In this document: piece after piece, positions 26,001-38,149 of the stretch
Layout: every line of letters begins with the position of its first letter
Position numbering within the stretch: the first letter of the stretch is position 1
Origin: Vitrella brassicaformis CCMP3155
Lineage: Eukaryota; Protista; Chromerida
Reading direction: 5' to 3'
Length of the DNA: 64,000 bases
Assembly: GCA_001179505.1 (NCBI GenBank)
Contig: CDMY01000366.1
Coordinates: 248,001-312,000, forward strand
The notes under the pieces: model-generated
Databases searched by the model: none
What the model was told of the DNA's origin: nothing
Seen by the model: only the letters and a program-made list of their open reading frames with translations
Made by a program: the position numbers and the translations under genes

Positions 26001-27268
26001 TTACGAGGCCAAGGCGCGCGAGGCGCACAAGCTGCCGTCCATGGCCGAGCAGGAGGCGTCGGGCGCCCTGCCGTCGTCATGGGACAAAAAGGCCCTCGAG
26101 CGCAAGATAGGCCACCTCATGCACACGGCCGCCCAGTCCCCTTTCCCCGTCGGCCGCATCATCGCATCGCCCACCAACCTCATCATTGCACGAGTCGTCA
26201 TCGGCCCCATCCAGCCTGGCAGAAGGGTGGTCCCCGACCCAGAGGGCCCCAGTAGTAGCAGGCCCCCCTACTACCCCAGCCCCCTGAAGCGCGCCGAGGC
26301 CAGCGTGTTCCAGCTGCCGGTCGCGGCCAAGGCAAGGGCGGAGGCCGGCAACCCGCGTATGAGGAAGTTTCGCGGCAAGCAGCACTCCCCCATGCTGACG
26401 AGGAAACGAGAAGAGCTTCCCAACTCATTTACTTGTCCTGACGTGGGCACGGGGATGGGCACCATCGAGCTGGGCGACGTCGAGGAGGCCGAGGGGGCGG
26501 CTGGCGTGTGGGGGCTGGACGGTGGGGTCCACGATAGGCAGCGGCGTGCTGCAGGTGGTGGAGGTCTTGTGGAGGTTGAGATGGGCGACGAGCTGGAGGG
26601 AGGAGATTCGCACGCGACACTGACTGGCGGGGAGAGGGACGAGAGCAGCGACGTGAAGCGCAGGAGGGTGCAGGGCGGCAAGGGCGGGGAGGGGGGAGGG
26701 AACGAAGAGCAGGAGGAGGCCGAGGAAGACGATGACAAACACGACGGACGTAAGTGAGTGAGTGAGAGGAGTGGGTGGTCAGTCGCATCAACGAACACTC
26801 CCACCCATACCGCACCACCTACCTGTTTTGGTGTTCATCCTTCATCCATTCATCCATCCATTCATCCATCCATCGATCCATGCATCAGGTGAGTACGAGG
26901 TGTCTCGGATCCTGGCGCACCGCCAGCCGACGCCACAGAAACGCGAGTACCTCATCCAGTGGAAAGGTCAGTCTGCCACCGCACCAGACAGACCCCTGAA
27001 GCGCGACGACAGACAATACTCCCTGGTTGCCTTGCTGTGGTGTGTGTGTGTGTGTGTGTGCGCAGATTACCGCGAGACTTGGGAGCCTGAGTCGTCTCTG
27101 ACCAACTGCCACGGGAAGCTGGAGGAGTACTGGCGGGCCACCCCCCCGGAGCTGCTGCAGTACCGGAGCCGTCCGCCGTCCCTGGCCCAGGTCACTCCCA
27201 CAGCGGCGGCGGCCATAATGCAGCAGAGGCGGGTCAAAGGCAGCGGACCTTCCTTCTTGCGCCAATAG
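23025..27268 (+). CDS. RCC1-like repeat + chromodomain protein, paralogue B; multi-exon
   Basis: Blades VQDVAVARWHIAVLLADGRVLLW, VVCGPAAGGGAVLLENGSLWRW, VLDVAECCGDYVAVTDDGIVHEW, VTSIWLMEGATIGVHKSGRF. N-terminal RPRGRPP. Spliced chromodomain GEYEVSRILAHRQPTPQKREYLIQWK|DYRETWEPESSLTNCHGKLEEYW. Confidence 0.75.
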
Positions 27269-28692
27269 CTAGCTAGCATGGGTGGATAGCATACCATTGA
27301 TTGCCCCGACTGACTGACTGTATGGCCGATGGATGGATGGATGGATGTACAGTGACTGTTTACTGGGCAAGTGTTGGCCTGGTTGTTACTTTTTCTGCTG
27401 GCTGGTTGCACGTCACGATCATCAATCGTTCCTGTCAGGGTGCCTCTCTCCTCTCGTCTCTCTCACCGCGTATGTATGCTATGGTATGTATGGATGCATC
27501 GCCGTGTCGGTCGGCAGGGGCGGGCAGCGTGCGTGAGAGAGCGTAGAAGGCAGCGTGCGTGAGCGGCTTATACGCTCTCTCACGAGCGCTGCACGTCCAT
27601 GTTGAGACACATGTTGATGCATCACACCATGATGATCTGTAGGTGTCGCGTGGTCAGTCCACCCCTCACTGCATGTAAGCCGAGGGATGGATGGTAGCAT
27701 AGCTTGATGACGTGCTTTGCGAAGGGATGGCTCAATCGGTGGATTGAGTGGATGCATGGCTGGCTGCTCGCGTGGCTCGATCCATGCACTGACTGCACAG
27801 GACACGAACGAGTGCAGCTAGTGCGATGCCTGCCTGATTGACGACCGACGACACAGACCCGTCTCATCCATCCATATGTGTGTATGTTAAGGATTATTGG
27901 TTTGAGGTGAGGTGAAAGCCAAACCTTCAGGTGTCCGTCCGTATGTCGCACAAATGCACTCACTCACTTACACACATAGAGACGACACATACAACCACAC
28001 AACATACACTACGGTGCGACCTGAAAGGGCCATTAAATGTTGCTGCTCATTTCACAGACCACGGACGGTGCCCCCATGAGATGCATGTGACTGATGCTCG
28101 ATCAGCATTCCCCACCGATCCCTCCCTCCCTCCCTCACACACACACACACACACACACATACACACACCACCCCCACCACGAGGCCCCCGCCCGCTGCAC
28201 GTGTGTTGCTCCTGATGCAAACGAAGAGCTGTGTGTGATGAATGCAGCCAGTGCTTTGATGAAATGTGATTGATGGTGGATCGAATCGATGGATCGATCA
28301 TATACACACACACACATGGCACATGCCCTGCCCGCCAGGGTACACAACACACCAGGCAGACAGACAGACATGCACACACCCACACAGACAGACAGACAGA
28401 CGGACAACAAACTCACGCCGACAGGACGATGGATGGGGTGAGGTGAGACGAGAAGATGAGAAGACGAGAAGGTGACAAGGTGAGAAGATGAGAATATGGG
28501 CAGGCAGGCAATGAGGCCAAGAACGAACGAACGAGCAAGCAGGAATGCGACAAAGGACCAAACTGGTCAGCGGTCCGTCCATCCGTCCTTCCTTATACAC
28601 AGGACCAAAAACGACCTGGCGTTAAGCAATAAACAATCCGATATATCCGCACTCACTCTTCTATCCCCCTCCCTCCCCCCCCCCCCCCCCCC

Positions 28693-28992
28693 NNNNNNNN
28701 NNNNNNNNNNNNNNNNNNNNNNNNNNNNNNNNNNNNNNNNNNNNNNNNNNNNNNNNNNNNNNNNNNNNNNNNNNNNNNNNNNNNNNNNNNNNNNNNNNNN
28801 NNNNNNNNNNNNNNNNNNNNNNNNNNNNNNNNNNNNNNNNNNNNNNNNNNNNNNNNNNNNNNNNNNNNNNNNNNNNNNNNNNNNNNNNNNNNNNNNNNNN
28901 NNNNNNNNNNNNNNNNNNNNNNNNNNNNNNNNNNNNNNNNNNNNNNNNNNNNNNNNNNNNNNNNNNNNNNNNNNNNNNNNNNNNNNNNNNNN
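28693..28992. other. Assembly gap (300 N) flanked by poly-C on both sides
   Basis: Run of N between homopolymeric C tracts. Confidence 0.99.
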
Positions 28993-29049
28993 CCCCCCCC
29001 CCCCCCCCTGTCCTGTCCCCTCCCGCTCCGCCACTCCCTATGATGTCCG

Positions 29050-32000
29050 TCACGTAGTTGGGCATTTCAGCCGGATGACAAAAGGCCAGCCATCCTCCTC
29101 ACTGTCGAGTGTCTCGGTGGTCTGCTTCATCGGCATCCGGAACCCTTCTCCACAGCTGAGCACCGTGTCAGCCCCATCCTCAGGAGTGAAAACATAGCCG
29201 TCGAATCCCTCCTCGATGGCGTAGTAGTAGATCCAGGGGCTGGGGGTCGGCGAGGCATCCATCTCCTCCCGTGTTTGTGGGTTGGTGAGGTAATAGCACC
29301 TGTCAGGCAGGAAGCTCATCGCCGGGATGTCGCACCACTTCTCCCAGCCCCCGTGGGTGAGCGGGGACTGGAAGTAGACGGCGATGCGCTTCTTGACGCC
29401 CGGCGAGCACTCGTCCAGGATGCAGATCTGCTTGCAGGGCTTCATGTCCTTGCTCTCCTTCCCAATGAGATCGGGGCACTCTTTGCCACCGTGTAGCGGC
29501 TTCACCTGGTGAGAAAGGAGATGGGGATCCAGGCAGGGGGAAAGAAGTGAAGTGCGTGTGGGCGTCCGTGCTGTGTGTGTGAGGGTGACCTTGATGGTTC
29601 TGTGTCTGGATCGCTCTGATGGGCCGCATCTGTGGCTCCAGTCGCCCCATTCACTCCAGCTCGACACCTCACAATCGACAGCTGACGGACGGACCAATAC
29701 GCAACACGCAGACGCGGACAGATAAATGACTGACGATGGGAATGAACGGCCTTGAGTTGATCTTACGGCAAGGCACTTCGTGGCATGGTTTGATCTCTAT
29801 GAGCTCCTCAGCCTTACAGTCCTTCCCGCCGCCACTGGCCTTCCACTGCACACACGCACACACACACGTATATATACATATATACACTTGCAAAACGTGA
29901 TAGCCCACACCCACCCTCCCCTCCGTCCCTGACCTTGACAGGTCTCGTTCTGTTTCTGCTGCCGCCCTCGCACGGCTTGGAGCAGTTCCAGTCCTCCCAC
30001 TCGCCTGGCAGGCAGTCCCCCTTGCAGACGGGGGGCCATGGGTCGCCCCTCTTGGCCCCCACCTGCCGCCACTTGCCGTCTGGCAGGCAGACGGCCTCGG
30101 TCGCACCCGTGAAGGTGTAGTGGTCGGAGGGGCAGGACAAGAGGTGGTGGCGGAAGGTGCCGAAGAAATACGGCGACAGGTCAGACTTGTTGCTGGTGGC
30201 GAGCTGCAGCACCGAGGGGTTGGGGTCTTTCGGGAAGGCGCACACATCTGGCAAGACATCACACCACACACCGAAGGACGTAAAGATGAGGGTTGCTTGC
30301 ATGGGGGATATGCTCTGTCTGTCTCCCTGTCTCTCTCTCTCTTGGTCTCTCACTTTTGCGTATCTCGTAGCAGTCTATCTTCAGCTGTTCCGCGCCGATG
30401 ACGGCCATGCTGTTGGGCTCGCTGAGGTTCTTGGCCCTCCATCCGCCCCCCAGCAGCCCCCACTCCTCCAGCCCGCCCTCGCCATCGGCCACCATCTCAG
30501 GTGCATCTCTGTAGGCCTTGAAAGGGACGCCGCACCGCACAGCAGACGAGAGACGTGACGATGAGAGCCGCCACTGCCGCGTGAGGGCGCAGTATGAGAG
30601 GTAGAGGCGGCGAGAGGGGCTGCGGACGGTCATGAGGCGGTTGCGATGGAACCCCAGGTTGATCTGCACCCACACCTGGTGGGCCACGCCATTGACAGAC
30701 ACCAACCAGGAAACAAAGAAAGAGTAGTGATTGATGCGATGCATGTAGGGTCTCACACACGCACACAATCGGCCGGGTAGGGCACGTGTCAGTCATGTCT
30801 GCGTACCGGCCGTTGCCCGGCGAAGACGACAGTAGTGGGATCTGCAGATGATGCGTTTCTTCTTGCCGCCTCACTGGCCCCCCAGTGGCCGTCCATGGCC
30901 TCCACCGCCCTGGCTGCAGACTCATCCAGCATGGCGTACCAGCCAGACACGTCCAGTCGGCCAATGTACGGCAGCGCACCCGACACGGCGCCATGCACGT
31001 GGAGGTAGTGGCACTCGCTGAGTTTGTCGTCTGGGAGGGGGGCCGGGATGGGGTCTATCGAGGCCGCCTTCAACGTCGTGGGATCGGGGACGCCGTCTGA
31101 TTGATGTGAGAACAAGATGACAACAATGGATTGCATGTACGGCTGGCTATCGTGCGTCCGTATGTGGTTCGGCTCGTGTGTGCAACGTACTGCAATCTCC
31201 TGCGTCCTTGTTGCACGCCTTGGCTTCATAGCACGCCGGGTCGCAGACTCCGTCCCCGACCCAGGCACGCATACAACCAGGCGCACACTCTGAGGGAGGG
31301 AAGGGCAACAAACACAACGGAGGAATGCATCGCACCAAAGTGTCACCGATGGATGGATGGATGCATCACAGCGTGCCGTGCCGTGCCGTACCGCTGAGGC
31401 AGCTCTCGGCGGCCTTGCAAGGTTCTGGTTCCTTCTGGATGACGCACACGTCGTTGTCGGCACGCTGATTGATTGACATCGATCCGATCAACAGATTGCC
31501 AGCCACGTGAGCGAGAGATGTTATGTTGCGTGGGGGTTGGGTTCTTGCTTTCCTCTTGGCTTACTGACTAGCTGACCTTTCTGATAGTTGCAGTTGTGCG
31601 CCATCTCGTGCCATCCCCACAGAAGGCGTCGCACTGCGTCACGTTGTCCTTCTTGGTCTCGCAGATCTCGGGCACCGAAGTACTCCCGTCCACTGCAGAC
31701 AGAGGTGACGGATATGTGACACACGACAGACACCGAGACAGCCAGCCTCATTGGATTGGATTGGCTCCATCCACCCTGTGACCCACACACCCATGTGCTT
31801 ACGTAGCTCCCATCTTGGTCTGGCGGCTCTGCCTGCAACACAGGAAGTAAGTCACAGTTGTTGACATCAAGAATCAAGCACAGTGAGTGAAGGGCCAGTA
31901 CAGTACAGCAGATGAGTTGAGTGAGGGCACAGCACAGCACACGTACCGCAGTCGCCATCGTCGTTGTCACATTGGTCTGAGACGAAGCACTCCGGGTCGC

Positions 32001-32463
32001 ATATGCCGTCGCCGACGAACGAACTCGGACACCCTGGCGCGCACTCAGATGCAGGAGAAGAAGCCCCTACGCCAATAGTTTAAACACAAGACGACAACAC
32101 ACAGCAGCTGAGACGAACACTTAACGTGCGTGAAGCCCTCCCTCTCTGTGTGTAGGTACCTGGTGCTCTGAGTGCTCGTGATGGCCGCCGTCTGCCTGTC
32201 CCCCCCGAGGCGATGCCCGTGAGCATTAGGATCAGGAAGATCAGTTGGACAAGCAGCCGTCCCCACGGCCCGCCGCACCATCGCCACCTCCAGCTCCCCC
32301 CCTCCGCCCCTCTCCCGTAGGTCACATGGTCCTTCAACCCTCCCGCGGCCGTCAGCGGCATGCACAGCGAAGAAAATCGGCTCTCAGATGGTCTGATGGT
32401 ACACCCGAGCACAGACACGACGAGAAATACGATAGCCGGAGCAGAGATGAAGCGGAAAACCAT
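29050..32463 (-). CDS. Secreted or surface multidomain protein: 2 LNR (Lin-12/Notch) repeats, TSP1-type repeats and a sushi/CCP-like module; multi-exon, 3' end may continue into the gap
   Basis: Hydrophobic N-terminus (LLVQLIFLILMLTGIASG). LNR: CAPGCPSSFVGDGICDPECFVSDQCDNDGDC and CAPGCMRAWVGDGVCDPACYEAKACNKDAGDC. Sushi-like: CPSDHYTFTGATEAVCLPDGKW...PVC. TSP1: CLPGEWEDWNCSKPCEGGSRNRTR and DCEVSSWSEWGDWSHRCGPSERSRHR..GGKECP. Confidence 0.75.
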
Positions 32464-32822
32464 CAATCAGGGCATCTCGCCGGAAACCTCAGTAGACAGA
32501 GCCTCCCGGCCTTCAAAAAACAGATCGACTCGCCAAGAGGAAGATCTGCGATGCGGTGCCCTGACGTTGGGGATCCTTGCTTTCTTCGTCACAAAAACGC
32601 TGCGAGCTAAGATTGAGAGAGCGGTTTTACGGAATGTCCTCGGGAGGCGACCGCTTCGTCAACCAACCATGTCTTAGATCAGTGGGCGCTCGACGTCGAG
32701 CTCTCTGACTAGCCTCTGGGTGTCGTGCCTATGTCTGGCTGTCATTCTCGTATATCTGCAACCGGTGTCGACAGCGATTTTTCTGACCATCATAGGGTGG
32801 CACGTGCGTGTCGAGTGGGTGG

Positions 32823-33122
32823 NNNNNNNNNNNNNNNNNNNNNNNNNNNNNNNNNNNNNNNNNNNNNNNNNNNNNNNNNNNNNNNNNNNNNNNNNNNNNN
32901 NNNNNNNNNNNNNNNNNNNNNNNNNNNNNNNNNNNNNNNNNNNNNNNNNNNNNNNNNNNNNNNNNNNNNNNNNNNNNNNNNNNNNNNNNNNNNNNNNNNN
33001 NNNNNNNNNNNNNNNNNNNNNNNNNNNNNNNNNNNNNNNNNNNNNNNNNNNNNNNNNNNNNNNNNNNNNNNNNNNNNNNNNNNNNNNNNNNNNNNNNNNN
33101 NNNNNNNNNNNNNNNNNNNNNN
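32823..33122. other. Assembly gap (300 N) with G-rich flanks
   Basis: Run of N between GTGGGTGG and GTGGGATGGGG. Confidence 0.99.
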
Positions 33123-33311
33123 GTGGGATGGGGAGACAGGCCGTGTGCATGCTTCTGTGCATGTGCATGCTGCTAGTTTAGTGCGTGACCTGGACAGGAT
33201 CCCCTCGGGGTTACAGACACGAGTCTCGTTAAACACAATAACCAACCAACCAACCAACCTGGGTAGGTTGACTGACGAACCCTGCTGGTTGGGCTACTCC
33301 AACCATTGAAT

Positions 33312-34227
33312 ATGCTGTCAAGGTGAGCCGGGCAGCTAACTACACTAACCTGCTTACATCATCAACTCCACCTTTTGTTCTATGCAGCCGTTCATCGTCG
33401 GCCCTTGCATCAGAAGAGAGGCCAGACCGTCGTCAGAGAGACCATCATGACGGCCGCGGGCGGCACAAACGGCGCCATAGAGCCCCTTCTCGACAGGCAA
33501 GCACAGCACAGAACGGAGAAATGCCACCCACGGAAGAGGCGGCTGCACACTCGCTCGCCCATCTCATGACATTAATTGCCTCTGTGTGGCCTGTCTGCCT
33601 GTGCAGTCATCTTCGTCTGAGTCTTCTTCTTATCCTTCGAGCAGTAGCAGCAGTGAGTCGTTGTCCAGTGAGTCGTCGGAGGACAGGCGGAAACGGAAAA
33701 GAGAGCGGGGACGGTCCCATCGCAGCGCAAAAGGTAGGTAGGTATTTCGGCAGGCACAAAGGCGGCGCTGCGTGGCTGCCTGTGCGGACGGATCTGATAT
33801 GTGTGTATCCCTCTTTCTGTCTGTCTGTGTGTGTGTGTGTGTGTCATGTGATTGATGTGTGTGTTGTGTTGTGCAGGTGGTCGCAGGCGCGTTTATGATG
33901 CTGTGAGTCCGAGCAGCTCGGATGAGCACCGCCATCGCATGAAGAAACACCGTTCACGCTCACGAAGTAAGCAGCCAATCGGTGGAAGGAAACACACCCA
34001 CAGGACACATCACATTGCTAAACACACACATGGATGGATGGACACATATGTGTGTGTGTGTGTGGATGTGCCCGTGTGTCACACAGTCAAGAGCCGCCGC
34101 AAGGCCGAGAGTTCTCCGAGTAGCAGCAGTAGCGACCAACACGAGCGGCACCGACGAAAGAAATCACGCCATCACAGTAAGACAGAGGGACAACACACGT
34201 GTCCCGGCCTCTGCCACTGAGCTCTCC

Positions 34228-34260
<33 letters not shown>

Positions 34261-36656
34261 GGTTCAGAGAAGCGTTCGTCCCACCATGGTTCGTCTGACA
34301 GACGGCATGTGTCGCCAATCAGTGAGCCCACCCCTGAGGCCTCTGACAGCGGCCCAGGGCACCTGACGCACCACCCACACGAGAAGCGAGGTGCGTGTGG
34401 TGGCACAACAGACTCACAAGGCCACTCACAGGTCGATTCTGGTTATGTGTGTGTGTGTAGGCGGCTGTGGTGGTGCTAGTGCTAGTGTCGACGGTATGAG
34501 CGTGGCTGCGCATCGGCACCACGGCAGAGGGCCACCAAGTGAGTTGTGAGTTTCGCCAGCGATGAATGCATTATTTGGTGCATTCTCTGTCTCTCTCTCT
34601 GTGTGTGTGTGTGTGTGTGCAGGTAGTGCTGCCTCTACTGACGGTCGCCATGTGCACCACGGCGCCGCCGCACCCATCTTGCCACAGAAGGCCCTGCATG
34701 CGCCTGACGATGGGACGTACCCCGGCGGCTACGCGCGGCTCAAGGGCGACGCCGTCTCTATCATGGTCAGGGAAGGCAAATCGCTCGACGTCAGCTATGG
34801 TAAGCAGGTGCACCGACGGACGGCAGCAGTGCAGTGCATATATACGCGTACACCTCTCTGTCGCCTCGCCCCCCTCTTTGTGTTGTGTGCAGCTCAGTTT
34901 CTGGCCGGCAGGAAGGCTGGCAAGGCTGCTGGTGCCACCCATCAGCCCGTTGCGCATGAGACCGTTGCTCACCCGCAGTCATTGTGGCCTCCCCAACCCC
35001 TCCCCCACCAGCCCCCGGCAGCGAAAGTGAGAGTGCGGCCCTTCCACATGTCGCGGGACCCACCCAAAAGATTCGAATTCTCCAAGCGCCCCGGAAGGTT
35101 CCTAGCCATCGGTCGTGTGTCCTATCTCTCCCCGCCCGGCGGCTGCCCCTCGTCCGGCAGCGGCACGCCACAGACACCCCAGACACCGTCGTCGACCCCC
35201 AAATCAGGCAGCCCAGGCCCACCGCCCACCCGCTCGCCCCTCGACTATCGACCAAATCCGATGGTCCGCAAGAAGGACAGGGGCATCCTCTCGCTCGCCC
35301 CGCACCCGAACGGGACGAAGCAGAGGCCCTCACGGTCGAGGTCGAGGTCGAGGTCGCCGCTGGATCGTTCGAGGGAGAGGTCTCCCTCACCGATCTCACC
35401 TTCAGACGGGGGGCAACGTCATGCGAATCGGCCTGTCACGGAGGAGGAGAGACGAGAGGGGGAGAGGGAGGGGGAGAGGGAGAATGAGAGAGCGGCTTCC
35501 CGCTTCACCATTGTCCGACAGGAGGAGGACATGGAAGTGGTGGAGGAGGGGGGCAAGAGGGGTGATGACGGTGCTCAGCAGCAGCAGCAGGGCGGGACGC
35601 CAGTGGCGGTGCCCGATGAGGTGACCCCGTCCACCAACACGCAGCCGTCGGCCAGTGAGAGGCAGCTCCCTCCAGCAAACGTCACCGCCATCGTCATCGA
35701 CGACAACAGCGACCAAGACCAAGACCCACACAAGACGGAGGAGCAGCCTCCGCTCCCTCCCCCTATCCCTGCAGCACCGCCACCTGCCCTGTCCTCCTCA
35801 CAGGCCCCCTCTGATGATCCCACACCCTCCACACAGCCACAGCCGCCTACAGTCGTTCGGCTGTCGCCCCTGACCAAGCGGCAGCTGTCACCAATAACAG
35901 CCAAGCCGTCATTCGGCGACAGCGTCCCCGCGGTCGATGCGGCAGGTGACGGCATGATCAAAGAGGAGCCGCAGAAGACCGAAAGTGACGTCAAGGAGAA
36001 GGCTGTAGAGCAGCAGACTGGGGAAGATAGAGCGGCTTCGGGTGGCGAGATGGAGGTCGTGGAGATTGAGGAGCCGGCAACGGATGCGCGCGGGGCGACC
36101 GGACCCCCGGCCCGAGAGGAGCCGACAGCGCCCATTGACCTTCAAAACCCCACCGAGAACATTGAGGTTGCAGTGAGCGCCCATGACCCCTCAGTTGCCT
36201 ACCAGCCCACTGCCCCAGCGCCACCAGCACCACCACCACTTGTCGAGACCGCTGCTGCTGTTACAGAGGATCCCGCTATCGAATCCCTGGAGCCCCTCGT
36301 GTGTCTCGATACATGGAAAGGCTCCCCTGTGCTGCCAGAGTACGCAGGGGGCTTCGGTGAGTTCGCAGTGCTGGAGGGTCAGGGCATCGGCCGCCAGACG
36401 CTGCAGGTGCTGGGCAAGGGCAAGGGGGATGAGTGGGAGGGGGCGCTGCAGAGGCGGGAGGCCAGATATAAACGGGAGATAGCCGCTGCGCAGAGGTACG
36501 CTCGCACACAGACACGCAGACACGCAGCAAGGAGAAAGGGGCGGCCAAATGATGCAGGCCGACAGGCCAGCAGGCAGGCAGGCCTCTGTCTGTGTGTTTG
36601 CTCTTGTCAGGCGTGCAATGTGGGTGACCCTTGTCGCTCGGAATTGGCTCACGTGA
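33312..36656 (+). CDS. Hypothetical Ser/Arg/Pro-rich, largely disordered nuclear-type protein; multi-exon
   Basis: Frame-consistent short exons from ATG 33312 (S-rich and RKRKRER segments, RSRSRS), then a long exon of about 34894-36494 (RSRSRSRSRSPLDRSRERSPSP). No recognisable folded domain. Confidence 0.55.
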
Positions 36657-37289
36657 CCATCCCTTTGGGGAGCTGTTGGGCTCGGTGCTGCATCTCGGCG
36701 AGATGTCGCACGGAGTTGGACAATTCGCTTACTGGATGGATGGCAAACGGCACATGAATTCCAAATACCTCCCGGCTTGTGTACATATGCTGCTTCCTTC
36801 CTTGGTCGAATGGTGCGTGAGTGCCGTGCGACCGACCGATCGATCATTGTCTAGTGCAGATCCTGACTGACCAGTGAGTGAAGCAACCGATGGATGCTGC
36901 GTGCTCTCTCTGTGTGTGTGCCGGACGGGCAAGTGGTTGGACCTTACGTCTTATGTCCTTTCGCAAGTCCTACGTGTGTGCGCGCATTGACTGTGGCATA
37001 CACACATGCATCCATCGATTGTCGCCATAAATAAGCAAGCAGGCAGCGTCATCACAGAACCACACAACTGACAGGCTGACGCGGGCGGTCGCCAAGCAAG
37101 CTCCAGGTACCGTGGACTCTGCTCGTCGGGGAGAACACATCGCCATCCCTTGTGGGGCCGGGGGAGAGGCCGGGGGAGAGGCGGAGTTCTCACACTTCCA
37201 CCAGAGACCACCATACCCCATCGAGCAAGCTTGGCGTTGACAAAAGGCCGACATACGACGCATCTCTCTCTCCCCCCCACCCAATTCAC

Positions 37290-38063
37290 TCACTGCCTCT
37301 TCCTTCTCTTTTTTCTTTCCTTGAAGTCGCTCTTGCTCCCCTCCTGGGCTCTCTGCTGCAGCTCCCCATACTTGCGCTTACTCCACTTGTCAACCTCAGC
37401 ACTCTTAAGCAGGTCGCTTAGCAGACTCTCGCCGCCCCGCCTGTTCCGCCGCCTGCTCAGCGCCCCCCTGGCGATGCTCTCCCTCCCCCCGCCCACCCCA
37501 GGCATCCCCCCCTCCACCACCTTGGCAATGTGGAAGTGAGTCGGCAGCTTCTTAGAGTCCTGGCCCTTGTAGAACCGCTTCGGGTCAGCCACACCCCGCA
37601 GACGCAAAGCCAGCAGCTCGTTCTTCACCTCGGGGGTCAGTTCCTGCTTGGGCAGGCCGAACCACTGGTCCAGCTTGTCGGCCTGCTCCTTCTTGCGCTG
37701 CTTCTGCCGCTCCTTGGTGCTGTCGAGAGGAGCGGCCTGCAGGGGGGAGGACAACGACTGCATCTGGACCACTTGAGGGGGGAGCTTGGCCTTAAGCTGC
37801 TCGATGGTTCGCTGACGCGCCGAGAGAGCCGACTGCGTGTTTGTGGCGGATGCGGGGAGGGGGTCGTCTTTGGCCGTGGTTCGTTTCTTCTTGCCGTGAT
37901 AGTGCTGCAGGAGCCTGACGTTGCTGCGTAGGTCGACTGTGGTGTCATGCTGGCTGTCGTCGAGTGCTGAGATGTCGATGGCCTCAAGCTCTGGGACGCT
38001 GGTGGGGATGAGGGGACGCGCAGAAGCCGCCTTGACCTTGCCCAGATCAGATGACGCTGACAT
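37290..38063 (-). CDS. FCF2: Fcf2-domain pre-rRNA processing protein (DNTTIP2/Tdif2-like); single exon
   Basis: WFGLPKQELTPEVKNELLALRLRGVADPKRFYK...PTHFHIAKVVEG...SLLSDLLKSAEVDKWSKRKYGELQ. Confidence 0.88.
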   Translation of the reverse strand: MSASSDLGKVKAASARPLIPTSVPELEAIDISALDDSQHDTTVDLRSNVRLLQHYHGKKKRTTAKDDPLPASATNTQSALSARQRTIEQLKAKLPPQVVQMQSLSSPLQAAPLDSTKERQKQRKKEQADKLDQWFGLPKQELTPEVKNELLALRLRGVADPKRFYKGQDSKKLPTHFHIAKVVEGGMPGVGGGRESIARGALSRRRNRRGGESLLSDLLKSAEVDKWSKRKYGELQQRAQEGSKSDFKERKKRRKRQ

Positions 38064-38149
38064 CGGGATGAAAAAGATGCTCGAAGAGATCCACAGCGCG
38101 GGAAGAAGGGGAAAGAACGAGGAAAGTGGGAAGAATGGCGACAAGTGCC

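Noticed and set aside
18149-27268. Chromovirus-derived chromodomains
   Set aside because: No integrase or pol sequence is adjacent. The chromodomains are intron-split and spliced to cellular-type RCC1-like exons.
27520-27565. Short direct repeat GGCAGCGTGCGTGAG x2 in the intergenic region
   Set aside because: Only two short copies in low-complexity intergenic DNA, with no array structure or associated genes; not CRISPR-like.
28496-29197. ORFs spanning the N runs (also 32674-33309)
   Set aside because: Artefacts of translating N as X with no stop codons.
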